Shown here in pieces: positions 49,340 through 62,164 of a DNA stretch of 64,000 nucleotides. A program made the translations under genes and the position numbers. Under the pieces are notes generated by a model. It was not told the origin of the DNA. It saw only the letters and a list, made by a program, of their open reading frames with translations, and made no database searches. Source of the stretch: Chiloscyllium plagiosum (lineage: Eukaryota); the NCBI RefSeq assembly GCF_004010195.1, contig NC_057749.1:9373492-9437491 (forward strand), written 5' to 3'. Each line of letters starts with the position of its first letter. Position 1 is the first letter of the stretch.

Positions 49340-49780
49340 TTTGATTTGATTTGACTTGATTTAATTTTTTATTGTCACATGTACCTAAGTACAGTGAAAG
49401 GTTTTGTTTTGCAAGCTGTACAGACAGATCATAACAAACAAGGACATACAGATTGTTTAGACAGAGTGAGGCATACAAGCTTTTGGTGCACTAAAGCAAG
49501 ATCAACATTAGATTTGAAATTAGAGAGGTCCATTCAGCAGTCTAATAACAGGGATAAGAAGCTGTTCTTGAACCAGTTGGTGTGTAAGCTTCTGTATTGT
49601 ATGCCTGATGGAAGAGGTTGGAAGAGAGTATTACTGAGGTGAGAGGGGTGTTTGATGATATTGGTAGCCTTTCCACTGCAATGAAAAATGTAATTAGAGT
49701 CCATGGATGGGAGGTTGGCTTCCATGATGGTCTGGATGTGTACACAACCTTCTATAGTTTCTTATTGTCCTGGGCAGAGT
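49340..49780 (-). mobile_element. Rex1/Babar-type LINE 3' end
   Basis: LPSMDS..C..KATNIIKHPSHL..TLFQPLPSG..YRSL..NWFKNSF; (caaat)n tail; a related tail is at 10240-10380. Confidence 0.75.
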
Positions 49781-51053
49781 ACTTGACGTCAGTGAAGTGT
49801 TTTTGAAGTGTAATTACTTTTTTAATGTAAGATGTGCAGCAGACAGTAAACTTCCAGAAACAACGTGATAGCAATCAGATCATCTGTTTTTGGGAAGTTA
49901 ATTTGACGCATAAATATTGACCAAGTCATCAAGACGTCTTGCTCACCAGAAGCACTATTTCAAGGTGTAATATGGAAATATCAAACAGCTTGAATAGAAT
50001 GATATGTCTCCCTGGGCTGGGGCTGCAGCTTAGACCAGGTGTAGAATAAGTGCTTGATCACTTTGCCAGGAGGCTATTATTCCAACTCTCATCATGGAGA
50101 CAGTTTCACATTTGTCTTCCTGTCATTGATCTGTACAACAATCAAAGTCAAATACATAACAGCCTTATTTAATGCTTCAACCATTGCACAGCTTGCAGGA
50201 ATTTTCTTTTAATAACAGTTATTTATGATTTTTCAGAGAATTCTTCTTGCAAAAATTAACCCTTCCAGAACCGTGGGTGAATTTATTTGTCCTGGGAGCT
50301 GCTGGGTTAAGGGAACGAGGTTGCAGGGGGAGGGAGGCAGGGAGCTATGTGGATTGATGCATCTTCCTCTACATTTAGCGTATACAATCACACCTAAAGA
50401 TGATTCAGGCTGCAACAGATTGGGTTAGTTTAAATCGGCCAACAGATTTCAAACTCACAATGTTGAAATAAAAACAAGGAAATGTTGGAATTATGCAGAA
50501 GGGTAAGCCGTAAAAAGGGTTAAAGTTGGGTTATGACAGAGTGGGTGTGTTACCCTTTATTAGAAAACAAACATTGTCTGAAAATCACGTTTAACGTTGA
50601 ACAAAAAGATTTCGTTCGGATCATACTTTGGAAGTGAACAATAGGTTTCAGGAAGAATGAAGAATAAAGAAGGGAAATGAATTAAACATTTGATTCAATC
50701 AACGTAAAATGTAATGGATAAGGGGATCAAGTGTGTGAAGGCAAAGAACAAGAAAGTGAGAAGTGTTTGTGACGTAGGAACAAGAGTAGGCAAAACTGCT
50801 GCTTGTATTATTTCTAATTAAATCAAATGATTAACCTGTAATCTGTAGCAATATCATCTGAGAAGATAATAGTTACACTGTGATGGTTAACACTTTGTTA
50901 AGTATTGCCTGATCAGGCACAGAATTCCTCATTCTGGCATTGCAGTCTCTGCTGCACTCACTGAAGAGAAACACAGAGAGCTGAGAAGGGGCAGGTTTTG
51001 TCAGTGTCCACTTTGTCTAGACCTCCTCAGCCAGTTGAGCTTTTTGCTTTCAC

Positions 51054-51932
51054 TTGCCTCCACCACAGAACACACCAGATGGCTTCCTTCTTTAGAGACC
51101 GCAATTTTCCTTCCCACGTGGTTAAAGATGCCCTCCAACGCATCTCGATCTCGTCCACATCCCACACCTCCACCCTCAGACCCCACCCCTCCAACTGTAA
51201 CAAGGACTGAACACCCCTGGTGCTCACCTTCCATCCTGCCAACCTTCGCATAAACCAAATCATCCGCCGACATTTCCGCCACCTCCAAACAGACCCCACC
51301 ACCAGGGATATATTTCCCTCCCTACCCCTTTCTGCCTTCCGCAAAGACCGTTCCCTCCATGACAACCTGGTCAGGTCCACGCCCCCCTACAACCCACCCT
51401 CCCATCCTGNNNNNNNNNNNNNNNNNNNNNNNNNNNNNNNNNNNNNNNNNNNNNNNNNNNNNNNNNNNNNNNNNNNNNNNNNNNNNNNNNNNNNNNNNNN
51501 NNNNNNNNNNNNNNNNNNNNNNNNNNNNNNNNNNNNNNNNNNNNNNNNNNNNNNNNNNNNNNNNNNNNNNNNNNNNNNNNNNNNNNNNNNNNNNNNNNNN
51601 NNNNNNNNNNNNNNNNNNNNNNNNNNNNNNNNNNNNNNNNNNNNNNNNNNNNNNNNNNNNNNNNNNNNNNNNNNNNNNNNNCCACCCTCCCCCCACCTAT
51701 CACCTTCATCCCCTCCCCCACTCACCTATTGTACTCTATGCTACTTTCTCCCCACCCCCACCCTCCTCTCACATATCTCTCCACCCTTCAGGCTCTCTGC
51801 CTGTATTCCTGATCAAGGGCTTTTGCCCGAAACGTCGATTTTACTGCTCCTCGGATGCTGCTTGAACTACTGTGCTCTTCCAGCACCACTAATCCAGAAT
51901 CTGGTTTCCAGCATCTGCAGTCATTGTTTTTA
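51054..51932 (+). mobile_element. Penelope-like element fragment, family A, spanning an assembly gap
   Basis: QMASFFRDRNFPSHVV...LTFHPANLRINQIIRRHFRHLQTDP..PLSAFRKDRSLHDNLVRS (PLE linker); terminal repeat at 51805-51932 with CUGAUCA (mutated core). Confidence 0.9.
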
Positions 51933-52374
51933 TCTCTTTCAATACCCTTTCAAACATTCAGCGTCAGAAAGTCAAAGTGACTGCCTCCCAGTTGTCATTG
52001 AAAAATGTTGCCCCATCTTCACAGCTTGTTTGTTAGTGATCCTTGGAGGTCTGGACATCAGGAATTTGTCACCAGTGGAAAATTCACATGTCTTTGAGTA
52101 GACAGCTGCCACCCCAGTCAATGGACATAGTCGAGCTAGAGTAGATTTTATTTGCTTAGCAATGAGCATACACTGAATGGAATTAGCATCATTTGTTTAG
52201 CATTACTTTCACAATATCAACCCTCTTCTATCATTGTATGTTGTACTGACTTCTAACACTCTGTATCGCATCCACTCTTGATAGTGTGTGTAATGCCAAT
52301 ATGACCCTTTGATTTAGCATCACCGTGAAATAAAAAGTCTAAGCAGGGAGACAAGAACCTCCTTCATTCTCTTC

Positions 52375-53340
52375 TGATGATCCTTAGGCAATTCCTCAGG
52401 ATTGAGAATGTTTTGTTTCCACTCCAGCTCAAGTGGGTTCTAAGATGTGTAATAAATCCAATGTGCAATTCACGGACTGCAATTTGTGGTGTAAGTGGGT
52501 AGATGAATTATTTGGATGTTTATGTGCTCCCTTCCGCACCTTGACTCTCTTCTACATATTCCCAAGTACATCTTTTGATGTGTTTAATGCCTTCCTTAGT
52601 GAATCTTCCCTACTTTGGTCTATCACAAGCCAAAGTCTCTCGTGACTCAGCAGATATATTTGTCACCTTGAGGGTTGCTTCCTGGAATGCTTCCACTCTG
52701 CTTCTGAGAGTTTCCTGCCATGACATTGTTCTGGATGGAGCAGTTACTTCGGATCTCTGGTGTCAGTCCCTATGAACAACATGTTCTTTTGGGTAGAGCT
52801 GTCTTTGAGAGATTCGCACCTCAGTGTTGGATAAGTTGGTTGCCAAAAGGACGTTGCTGTTGGTCCACCTTCCTGGTCACTGGATTTAGAGGATGTTGTG
52901 GATCCCTACAGAGTGGAAACAGGACCCTTGGCCCAGCAAGTCCATACTGACCCTCCGAAGAGTAACCCACCCAGACCCATTCCCCTACATTTACCCCTGA
53001 CTATACATCCCTGAACACTATGGGCAATTCAGCACAGCCAATTCACTGAACCTGCACATCTTTGGATTGTGGGAGGAAACTGGAGCACCTGGAGGAAACC
53101 CACACAGACACGGAGAGAAAGTGCAAACTCCACACAGACAGTATGGAATTGAACCCAGGTCCCTGGTGCTCTGAGGTAGTAGTGTGAACCACTGAGCCAC
53201 TGTGCTGCCCATTACTAGATAGTAATGATGGTAGCTTTCCAACGCATTTGAAGTGATTACAATATTTTATCTTAGCCTCTGAAGCATATAGGACTATGTG
53301 GATCACTGCTCCATAGCAAAATATGTCCATAATCTTGGAT
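52375..53340 (-). mobile_element. Old RTE-like LINE 3' remnant interrupted by a SINE
   Basis: Degenerate resemblance to RTE 3' ends, by eye only. Confidence 0.4.
52900..53212 (-). mobile_element. HE1-type SINE
   Basis: Family match. Confidence 0.9.
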
Positions 53341-53617
53341 TTGAGTCAAATGAACGCTGAACTTGCGCAATGAAAATGATAATGTAGTAGTTCAACATCA
53401 ATGTCTATTCTGCATCAAGAGGAGATTTTTGATGGGGAAACAATCTACTTTTACAATTTTTCCTAGATCTCACCTCAATCTTAACAGTAGGATTAGACTT
53501 TTTTGTGGGAGCTGGTTGGAAGAGGATGAGAGGTTTCTGGGTGTTTAGGGAAAAACTAATTTTCACATATGTCTCACAGAATGAATCAACATTGTCCCAG
53601 AGATTAATATATTGAGA

Positions 53618-54139
53618 TCTGTAGGAAAGATGTTGTGAAACTTGAAAGGGTACAGAAAAGATTTTACAAGAATGTTGCCAGGGATGGAGGGTTTGAGCTA
53701 CAGGGAGAGGCTGAATAGGCTGGGGCTGTTTTCCCTGGAGCATCGGAGGTTGAGGGGTGACCTTAAAGAGGTTTATAAAATCCTTGGGTCATGGATAGGG
53801 TAAATAAACAAGGTCTTGTCCCTGGGGTGGGGGAGTCCAGAACTAGAGGTATGGGTTTAAGGTGGGAGGGGAAAGATATAAAAGGGACCTAAAGGGCAAC
53901 TTTTTCATGCAGAGGGTAGTGCGTGTATGGAATGAGCTGCCAGAGGAAGTGGTGGAGGCTGGTACAATTACAACATTTAAAAGACATCTGATGGGTACAT
54001 GAATATAAAGGGTTTAGAGGGATATGGGCCAAGTGCAGGCAAATGGGACTAGATTAATTTAGGATATCTTGTCAGCATGGATGAGTTGGACTGAATGACC
54101 TGTTTCCGTACAGTATATGTTTATGACTCCATGACTCTA
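53618..54139 (+). mobile_element. CR1 3' fragment
   Basis: Similarity to 21740-22223. Confidence 0.93.
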
Positions 54140-55139
54140 AAAGGGAAAACACAAAAGAAAAATGTGGCAATTCCTGTCTTTGTGTTCCAAATTTAAAGTA
54201 ATTCCAACCATTCTATCACTTTTGAATTCTAACAGTTGTCAACATGCGGAAGGGTGAACCTGTTGAATGGGGAACATAGGAACCTTTCCATGTCCCTTTG
54301 GTGCTGTTAAACTGTTCATGAGGAATAGGTCCAACACAGCCCACTGAGGAAATATTCCCTGACTGTGACCGATGTTCCATATCCTCCTCCAGAGCCGGAC
54401 TATAACTCACTCTGATTTGGCCTCTCCTGCGTTTGCAGGTCAACTGCCTATTCCAATTGGAACTATGTCCTCCTGGTCGTGTATCCTGCCTGTGTGGAGC
54501 TGCTGGGTGCACTGGCCTGTGACACCTTTCCATTAAAAAAAATCAGAGTAAACGGAAATGCGTATATTTTTCATTTTTGGGGAAAAAAAAATTCTTTTAA
54601 TTTTTTCTTTTTTAAAAAAAAGTCATTCCCAGGTGTGCACTCTGATGACACGCAACTCATTAAACTAACCCCCCTTCCCAAAAAAAAAGCCCTGTCTGAC
54701 ACACATCCTTCACACCTGCCTGTGCAATATTACAAACACGTTTCTCGTTCATTTGGGAACAATAGAACAACCCTGGATATAGACATTTAACTTTTTTCTC
54801 TCTAAAAAATTGTAAGTACAGGAGCTGATTGGCCGATGGTCGCGTGCGAAGCCTCCCATGCTTAGGGTTTACCTAAGGGGAAAATTCACAATGAACTTTA
54901 AATCCTTTGCACGCAACTTTCAAAACCTTACTCCCTTCGATGAGGCGAGACTGAACTTTTTTTCCCTTTCTCTTTTGGAAACACGATATCACATTTTTTT
55001 CCTCCCCCTCAAAACATTTGTCCGCTTCCTTTTATTCCCCCTTTGTTGGTGGTCTTAGAAATTGCATTTTCCTTTTCTCCAAAGCTTGGCTGTTTAATGA
55101 CTCTGAAATGTGTCACTTCAATGAACAAAGATTGTATTT

Positions 55140-55705
55140 TTATAAAATAAAAGAAATATTTAGAGTAATAGTATCAAGTGAAAAATATTTAATCAATAAA
55201 ATAATATGTAAAATAATATAAAAATAAAAATGTTTAATAAATACAGTAAGCATTTAAATAATATAAAATAAGAATCTTATAAATAAAATAAATATTCAAA
55301 ATAATATAAAATATAACGTTTCTAATAAAATAAATATTTAAAACAATATTATAAAATTAAGAATACTTTAAATAGAATAAATAATTTAAACAATATAATG
55401 TAAAACATTTTAATAAATAAAATAAATATTCAAAACATAAAATAAAATATATATTAATAAAATAAATAGTTAAAACACTATTATAAGGTTAAAATATTTT
55501 AAATAGAATAAATAATTAAAATAATATAATATAAAATATTTTTAAAATAAAGTAAATATTCAAAATATAAAATAAAATATATTTTAATAAAATAAATATT
55601 TAAAACACTATTATAAAAATAACAATTTTAATATAAAATATTTAAAACAATATTATAAAATATTTTTTTTATAAATAAATATTTAAAATAATACTATGAA
55701 ATAAA
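55140..55705. repeat. AT-rich degenerate minisatellite with ~130-bp higher-order period
   Basis: 'aatattcaaaa' at 55291, 55425 and 55555; 'taaatagaataaataatt' twice; ~30-bp sub-repeats. Confidence 0.85.
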
Positions 55706-56402
55706 CCTTTCTTTGTTTTGTAAAGATCACCAGTAACATCAGACACAGACGGGAGACACCTAAGTTTGGTTTGTTTTAACTTCTCACTGTCAGATTTAAA
55801 TGCAGAGTCAAATTCGTTGGACGCCTCAACCAAATTCCTGATCCACAGTTGGTGATTTGACCTGTGTTTTCCAAAATTTTGTTCAGGTTGCTCGTTGAAT
55901 GCACACAGTTACAGTTAAAATCCGCCTTTTTGTTTCCTTGAGACCTTTTGTGCTCCTCTTGCTAATTCCTCGGTGCGGGTGATTTCAAAATTCGCTTTCA
56001 GCTCTGATGGTTCTGTTGAGGAACAAACTCTTTAACTGGGCGCATTCTGCGTTCGTTGCTTAACGCAGCTCAGTATCGCATTCAAGGCAACAACTGAAAC
56101 TCTGCGGGGACAAATGTCTAGTTAAATTCTATACTTTTCGGAACACGTTATTAACAAAAAAGTGGATGATTTGCAAAACCCGTTTCCGAAGATGAATCGA
56201 AGTGAGAAAGAGGGAAACGGGACACAAAATTAACTAAATCCTGTTTGAAATTGATTTATTCCGTTCTGCTGTTGCACAAAGTAAATTTGTGATTTCCTTT
56301 TCCCCACAATGCGTACATTGGCAAATGTTAATCGGTGACTTGCCTATAAAACAAAAATCTTCACGCCTGTCTTTTTCTGTGTTTTTTTATTATTTTGCAA
56401 AG

Positions 56403-56512
56403 AATATGCCTCCGAAAATCGAATGTGTGATAGGGAGCGAAGGCGCGGAGAGGAATATTTCGCAAATGATTGATGAGGTTGCGAATCCGGACCCAAAGCG
56501 AGTGAGGGAACA
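56403..56512 (+). other. Candidate exon in CpG-rich unique sequence
   Basis: Long pyrimidine tract ending 'gcaaag' (AG at 56401-56402) and donor CA|gtaagt (56513). One frame is open (NMPPKIECVIGSEGAERNISQMIDEVANPDPKRVRE); the product is not recognised. Confidence 0.45.
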
Positions 56513-56807
56513 GTAAGTAATTCTTGGTTATCGCAACAAGGTCGATCAGAGGGACTGTCACAGAAAGACACGCCTGACCTCAGCTATGACCAGGGCTGAT
56601 CCAGAGATTCTTGTCACCGCTTATAGGCTTGTAAGGTCACCCCCTGTAGAATTCAACTCCAAGACGTACCAGCTTCAGTAACCATCCCTCCTGATCTCAA
56701 TTCCTCCAGTTGGCTCAGTTCCTGGAGATACTTTTTAATCAACCTGGTCAGACATCATGCCACACCTGTGGAGCATGTGGGACTTGAACCCAAACTTCCT
56801 GGCCCAG

Positions 56808-57154
56808 AGGTCATAGAGATGTACAGCATGGAAACAGACCCTTCCGTCCAACCCATCCATACCGACCAGATATCCCAACCCAATCTAGTCCCATCTGCCA
56901 GCAACTGGCCCATATCCCTCCAAACCCTTCCTATTTATATACCCATTCAGATGCCTCTTAAATGTTGCAATTATACCAGCCTCCACCACTTCCTCTGGCA
57001 GCTCATTCCATACACGTACCACCCTCTGTGTGAAAAAGTTGCCCCTTAGGTCTCTTTTATATCTTTCCCCTTTCACCGTAAACCTATGCCCTCTAGTTCT
57101 GGACTCCCCGATCCCAGGGAAAAGACTTTGTCTATATATCCTATCCACGCCCAT
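56808..57154 (-). mobile_element. CR1 3' fragment
   Basis: Close similarity to 23705-24050. Confidence 0.93.
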
Positions 57155-57437
57155 CGAGGTGTTACCACTCTCTACAGTTTCTGTATCTGGCTCTTCTCTT
57201 GTTAGCAGATTGGGATTTTGGAAATGAAGAGTCAAGAAGAAGGGGAAACTTTCATTGAACCTTTGTTTTCTTCCAAAAATATACTTTATTCATAAAATTT
57301 TCTTTGTATACATATATTATATATCTATATATAGTCACAAATGCAGTTCAGTTCTGCACAGTAACATAGCAAGGAAACAAACATTAGAGTTTGACTCGAT
57401 CCAAACAAAGCAAAGGCTTGAACCAGACTATATTCAC

Positions 57438-57500
57438 ATGACACCAGGTTATAGTCCAACAGGTTTTATCACAAGCTTTTGGAGCAGGGCTCCATCATCA
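57438..57500 (-). mobile_element. Family C fragment inside a Tx1-like 3' UTR remnant (57270-57580)
   Basis: 'acaccaggttatagtccaacaggttt...agcttttggagcagggctccatcatca'. Confidence 0.65.
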
Positions 57501-58969
57501 CCCAGTCCAATACCGATACCTCCACATCATATTTACATGCATTGGAGGGTCTGCACACCTACAGTTCACTTTGCTACGTAACAGGGAGGCAGTGGGGAGA
57601 AAGGTTACAAGGACATACCAGAAAGGTGTAGGGATAAATATTAGAAAAGGATCGACAGGCTAGGTCTGTTCTCCAGGGTTGACCTTGAGGTCTTTGAAAT
57701 TACTGAAGATTTTGATGAGCGTGGACACAGAGAGAATATTTCCTCTTGCGGGGAAGAATGGAGGCATTTTTTATATCCAGAAGTACTCTTACACACAACT
57801 ACTTGTTTTTGTTTCCTCCGTCACCAAATCACTGGTGGTATTTCATTAATCTATTAATGACCACCAGTAAATCACTGGTTTTTCCAATTGATTAATTGAC
57901 ATGTAAAATCCATTTTAAGGGCGGAGGTGAGAGAGCATGGAACGGCTAAATCAAAATGGAGATTGATGGAGCGATAAAGCACTATCCCATGCAGGTAGTG
58001 AGGTATTGAGAGTAGTGGTGGACTCTGCATGCTCTGTCCCAAAGGATACAAAGCATAAATGCAGCTGCAGAAGAGGGGCTGACTGTCAGCAGTTATGATG
58101 CCTTCTGCTGCCCACTGGACCTGTTAATGACCAACTTGTCCAAGCCCAGGAGCTGCCCACAAGGAAGTCCGCTGACTTGCCCACACCCTTTCACACACCA
58201 GATGCTCAAAGATCAAGAGCATGGGGTTCAAAGATATCCAAAAGTACAATGATAGATTTTTCAAATAACTAAAAGATTGGTGGCCAACAACCAATATATA
58301 CATGCCCATGGATTCCAAAGCATCATAGAGTAAACAGTTAGTCTGGGAGTCTAAGCACAAGAGGCTAAGCGGCCTGGTCAATATTTACCCTTCAATTGAC
58401 AACAGTGAATGTGGTTTCTTCCTCATTATCTAATTTCTGTGGGATCTTGCTGTACTCAAGCTGGCGTCTGTGTTTCCTACAATTGTAACAGTGACTGATC
58501 ACATCTTTTGAACTTCTCAGCATTGTTTCCTGACATGGTAAAATGCTGTGTAATTCTGATTAACAAGACAAAATCAGAAGCAATTTTGTGCCCAACATGA
58601 TCAATTATTAGTAAATGGTGAGGTAATCTGCCTTTGGTGGGCCTGGAGGGGATGTTATCTAGGACAAGAAATTTGGAGACAAGGGCTCCTCTTCAATCCC
58701 TTTCATTCTGCACAACATATGACAGGGCCTTGTTTGAGAGGCAGTTTCCTTTTGGAAAGACTTGCTGAATAAGTGCTACTCAAGCACACAACTGGTCAGT
58801 GGCAGATCTATTCTGCTACTCACTAACAACTAGGAATAGCCCAGTAAGCACGCAAACAAACTCAACGGGATTTGCCTTTTGGAATTCCAGTGTAGCCATT
58901 TTCCATTGCCTGAATATCAACAGTGGTAGGAAAAGACCCTTTGGTTGGCATTAGTACCCATAAGGACCT

Positions 58970-59670
58970 CCATGAGACCATAAGACATAGGAACAAAAGT
59001 ACACCATTCATGCAATTGAGTCTTCTCTGCCAATCAATGAAATCATGGATGATCTGATAATCCTCAATTCCATTTTCCTGGCTATTCTCCACAACAGCTG
59101 ATTCCTTTTCTGATTAAAAATGTGTCTATCTCAGCCTTGAATCACCTACCCTCTGTGGTAAATAATTCTCTAGATTCACAATCCTTTGAGAGAAGAAATT
59201 CCTCCTCAGCTCTGTCTTAAAATAAGACCCCTTATTGTGAGATTATTCCCTCTGGGCCCAGATTCTCCCACAGGGGAAACAATCTTTGTGCATCTACCCT
59301 GTCAAGTCTCCTTAGAATCTTGTATATTTTAATAAGATTACCTCTCAGTCTCCTATATTCCAATGAGTACAGACCCATTCTATTTGTCATCTCCTCATGA
59401 GACAGTCCCTCTATACCTAGTATCAGCCTAGAAACACTTCTCTGGACTGCCTCCAATGCCTGTACATCTTTCTTTAGATTAAGGGCCCAAAACACTAATC
59501 CAGGTGTTGTCTGACTAGTGCCTTGTATGGTTTTAGCAAAACCTCCCTGCTTTTAAACTCCATTCTCTTTGAAATAAAGGCCAAATATTAATTTGCCCTC
59601 CATATTATCTGATGAACTTGGATGCTAGCTTGTTATGATTCATGGACGAGAACTCCGAAATGCCTCTTAT
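58970..59670 (-). mobile_element. CR1 LINE 3' fragment, older subfamily
   Basis: FWALNLKKDVQALEAVQR...GLYSLEYRRLRGNLIKIYKIL. Confidence 0.88.
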
Positions 59671-59896
59671 GTAGTTGGTGGTATGGCAGGAAGGCTGTCC
59701 ACAAGTCTTCCTGCCTTGGACTTGATCAGTATAAGGGTGAGATGGGATCAGGGTGTTCACCCACCACCTTCCAACTAAATTAAATGTCCCAAAAGAGCAT
59801 TAGATTCCAAGCCCTTGCATTTATATAGTGCCTTAAGCTTAACAAAATACTCCCTGGAGTTTCCCCACACATTAAAGCAAGACTCCATCACTCTAA

Positions 59897-60054
59897 GGCA
59901 AAACTGAGGACTGCAGAAGCTGGAAATCAGAGTCTAGATTAGAGTGGTGCTGGAAAAGCACAGCAGGTTAGGTAACATCCGAGGAGCAGGAAAATCGACG
60001 TTTCGGGCAAAAGCCCTTCATTAGGAAGGGCTTTTCCAGCACCACTCTAATCTA
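59897..60054. mobile_element. Fold-back PLE mini-element, family A
   Basis: Inverted arms; degenerate 16-bp TSD gactccatcactctaa / gaccccaccaccctaa; core CUAAUGA mutated. Confidence 0.82.
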
Positions 60055-60889
60055 GACCCCACCACCCTAACCCTGCCTGTAGTTGAATGTGGAGTAACAA
60101 ACTGCAAGACCACACTGCACATTCACAATAGGAAACATTTAATGTTGTTGACTTCCTTAAAAAATTAGCACTGCGCTTTTAATGCAAGCTTGTCCTTTCT
60201 TTCACTTCCTTTTTGACCCATAGTTTGACAAGTTTGTGTGTTGCTTATTCATATAAGTGTGTGAAAATGTGAAAGTGATAGGCATGAATAATGGTTTTCA
60301 AAGTGCAAAAGGTTCATCAGAGCAGCAGGACAGTATAACTCCAGTCTCTTTAATGATTCACATGATTCATGGAGAATGACCGCACCCTTGTTGATCTTTT
60401 CGCTGCTTCTGTAATGCCAAATTCTTTTGTTTATTATTATTTTTCTATTGTTATTTGCTTTATTTCAGTTTGTGAAGGATGAAATTTGGAGAGTTTTGCA
60501 CGGCAAAGGGTGCAGTATGGAGTTCAATTGCAGAGCAATCAGGATATCACTGAATGGCAGAACAAGCTTCAGGGACTGAATGCTCTCCTGCTGTACATTG
60601 GTACATCTTTCAAGCTTTGAATAATTTGTCAAATTTAGAGTTCAGTTCAGTTTGCTCAGTTAATGAGCTGACGAGAATGGGATGCCAATGGCTCAGGTTC
60701 AATCTCCATACTGGCTGTTGTAGCTCAAGGATGTCTGCCTTCTCAGGTAACCCCACACTTGCAGAGTTGTGCCCTTAAAATTATGCATATAAAACCAATT
60801 GTGCATTCTCATGGAAAGAGGTGCCTATGGACATTTGTCGGCTAGGGTTAAATACCTTACCAAATTTGGTTAATCAATATGAAAATCAA

Positions 60890-61236
60890 AGACTCCCTAC
60901 AATGTGGAAGCAGGCCATTCAGCCCAATGAGTTCACACTGCCCCTCTGAAGAGTATCCCACCCAGACCCCTATTCTATCCCTGTAACCCTGCACTTGTCC
61001 TGGTTAATCCACCTAACCAACACATCCCTGGACATATGGGCAATTTAGCATGGCCAATCCATCGAATTTGCACAGGTTTGGACTGTGGGAGGAAATCAGA
61101 GTATCCAGGGGAAATCTACCCAGACATGGGGAGAACACGTAAACTGCACACGGACAGTCACCCGAGGCTGGAATCAAACCTGCATTCCTGGTGTGGTGAT
61201 GCAGCAGTGCTAACCACTGAGCCACTGTGCCGCCCC
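60890..61236 (-). mobile_element. HE1-type SINE
   Basis: Family match. Confidence 0.88.
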
Positions 61237-61254
61237 CACTAGTTAATTTTATAC

Positions 61255-61672
61255 TCGAAAAGCTTGACGACATCGAGGACAAATAATCCTGCTTGATCAG
61301 CACCCTATCCTTCAACATTCACTCCACTGACTGTACAATCTACAAGAGGCACTGCATCAACTCACCAATGCTCTTTTGGTTGCACCTTCCAAACCCACCA
61401 CCTGAAAGGGCAATGGCAGCAGACTCATGGAAACACCATCTGCACACCTACCTTCAAGCCACACTTGCCTTGGAACTATATCACTGTTCCTTCACTGCTA
61501 CTGGGTCAAAATCCTGGAACTCCTTTGCTTGCAGCGCTGTAAATGCTTCTACACCACATGGACTGCAGCAGTTCAAGGAGACATCTCACCACCATGCTCT
61601 CAAGGGCAATTATAGTTGGTCAATAAATGTTCCCTGAGCTAACAATGCCCACATCCCCGATCGAATAAAAGA
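61255..61672 (+). mobile_element. CR1/L2-group LINE 3' end (second family)
   Basis: Similarity to 24585-25030. Confidence 0.8.
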
Positions 61673-61721
61673 AAAAAAAGCTAAATTTGATAAAGTTATA
61701 GTCCATTTGGATGTTTCCGAA

Positions 61722-62146
61722 GGATGAGCTATATGGAAGGATTGAATAGGCTGGGGCTTTTTTCCCTCGAATATCGGAGGCTGAGGGGTGACCTTATAGA
61801 GATTTAAAGAATAATGAGGGGCATGGATAAGGTAGATAGCCAACATCTTTTTCCTAGGGTCGGGGAATCCAAAACTAGAGGGCATAGGTTTATGGTGAGA
61901 GAGGAAAGAAAGGGATCTGAGGGGCAACTTTTTCACACAGAGGGTTATGCAGGTATGGAATGAGCTGACAGAGGAAGTGGTGGAGGTTGGTACAATTGCA
62001 CATTTAAAAGGCATCTGGATGGGTATATGGAAACAAACTGTTTAGAGGGATATGGACCAAATGCTGGTAAATGGGACTAGGTCAGATTGGGATGAGTGAG
62101 TTGGACCAAAGGTTCTGTTTCTATGCTGTAAGACTCTATGACTATG
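61722..62146 (+). mobile_element. CR1 3' fragment
   Basis: Similarity to 21785-22223. Confidence 0.9.
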
Positions 62147-62164
62147 AGCAGAAAGGGTCAAATA

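Noticed and set aside
51220..52101. Long ORFs across 51.4-51.7 kb
   Set aside because: Artefacts of translating through the N gap; only the PLE portion is meaningful.
54329..54415. Plus-strand peptide VQHSPLRKYSLTVTDVPYPPPEPDYNSL* resembling a terminal exon
   Set aside because: The preceding AG lacks a pyrimidine tract and no upstream coding exon was found.
60482..60600. Open frame NLESFARQRVQYGVQLQSNQDITEWQNKLQGLNALLLYI ending at a GT
   Set aside because: An in-frame stop follows the acceptor, and the 3' half resembles a CR1-type tail remnant.
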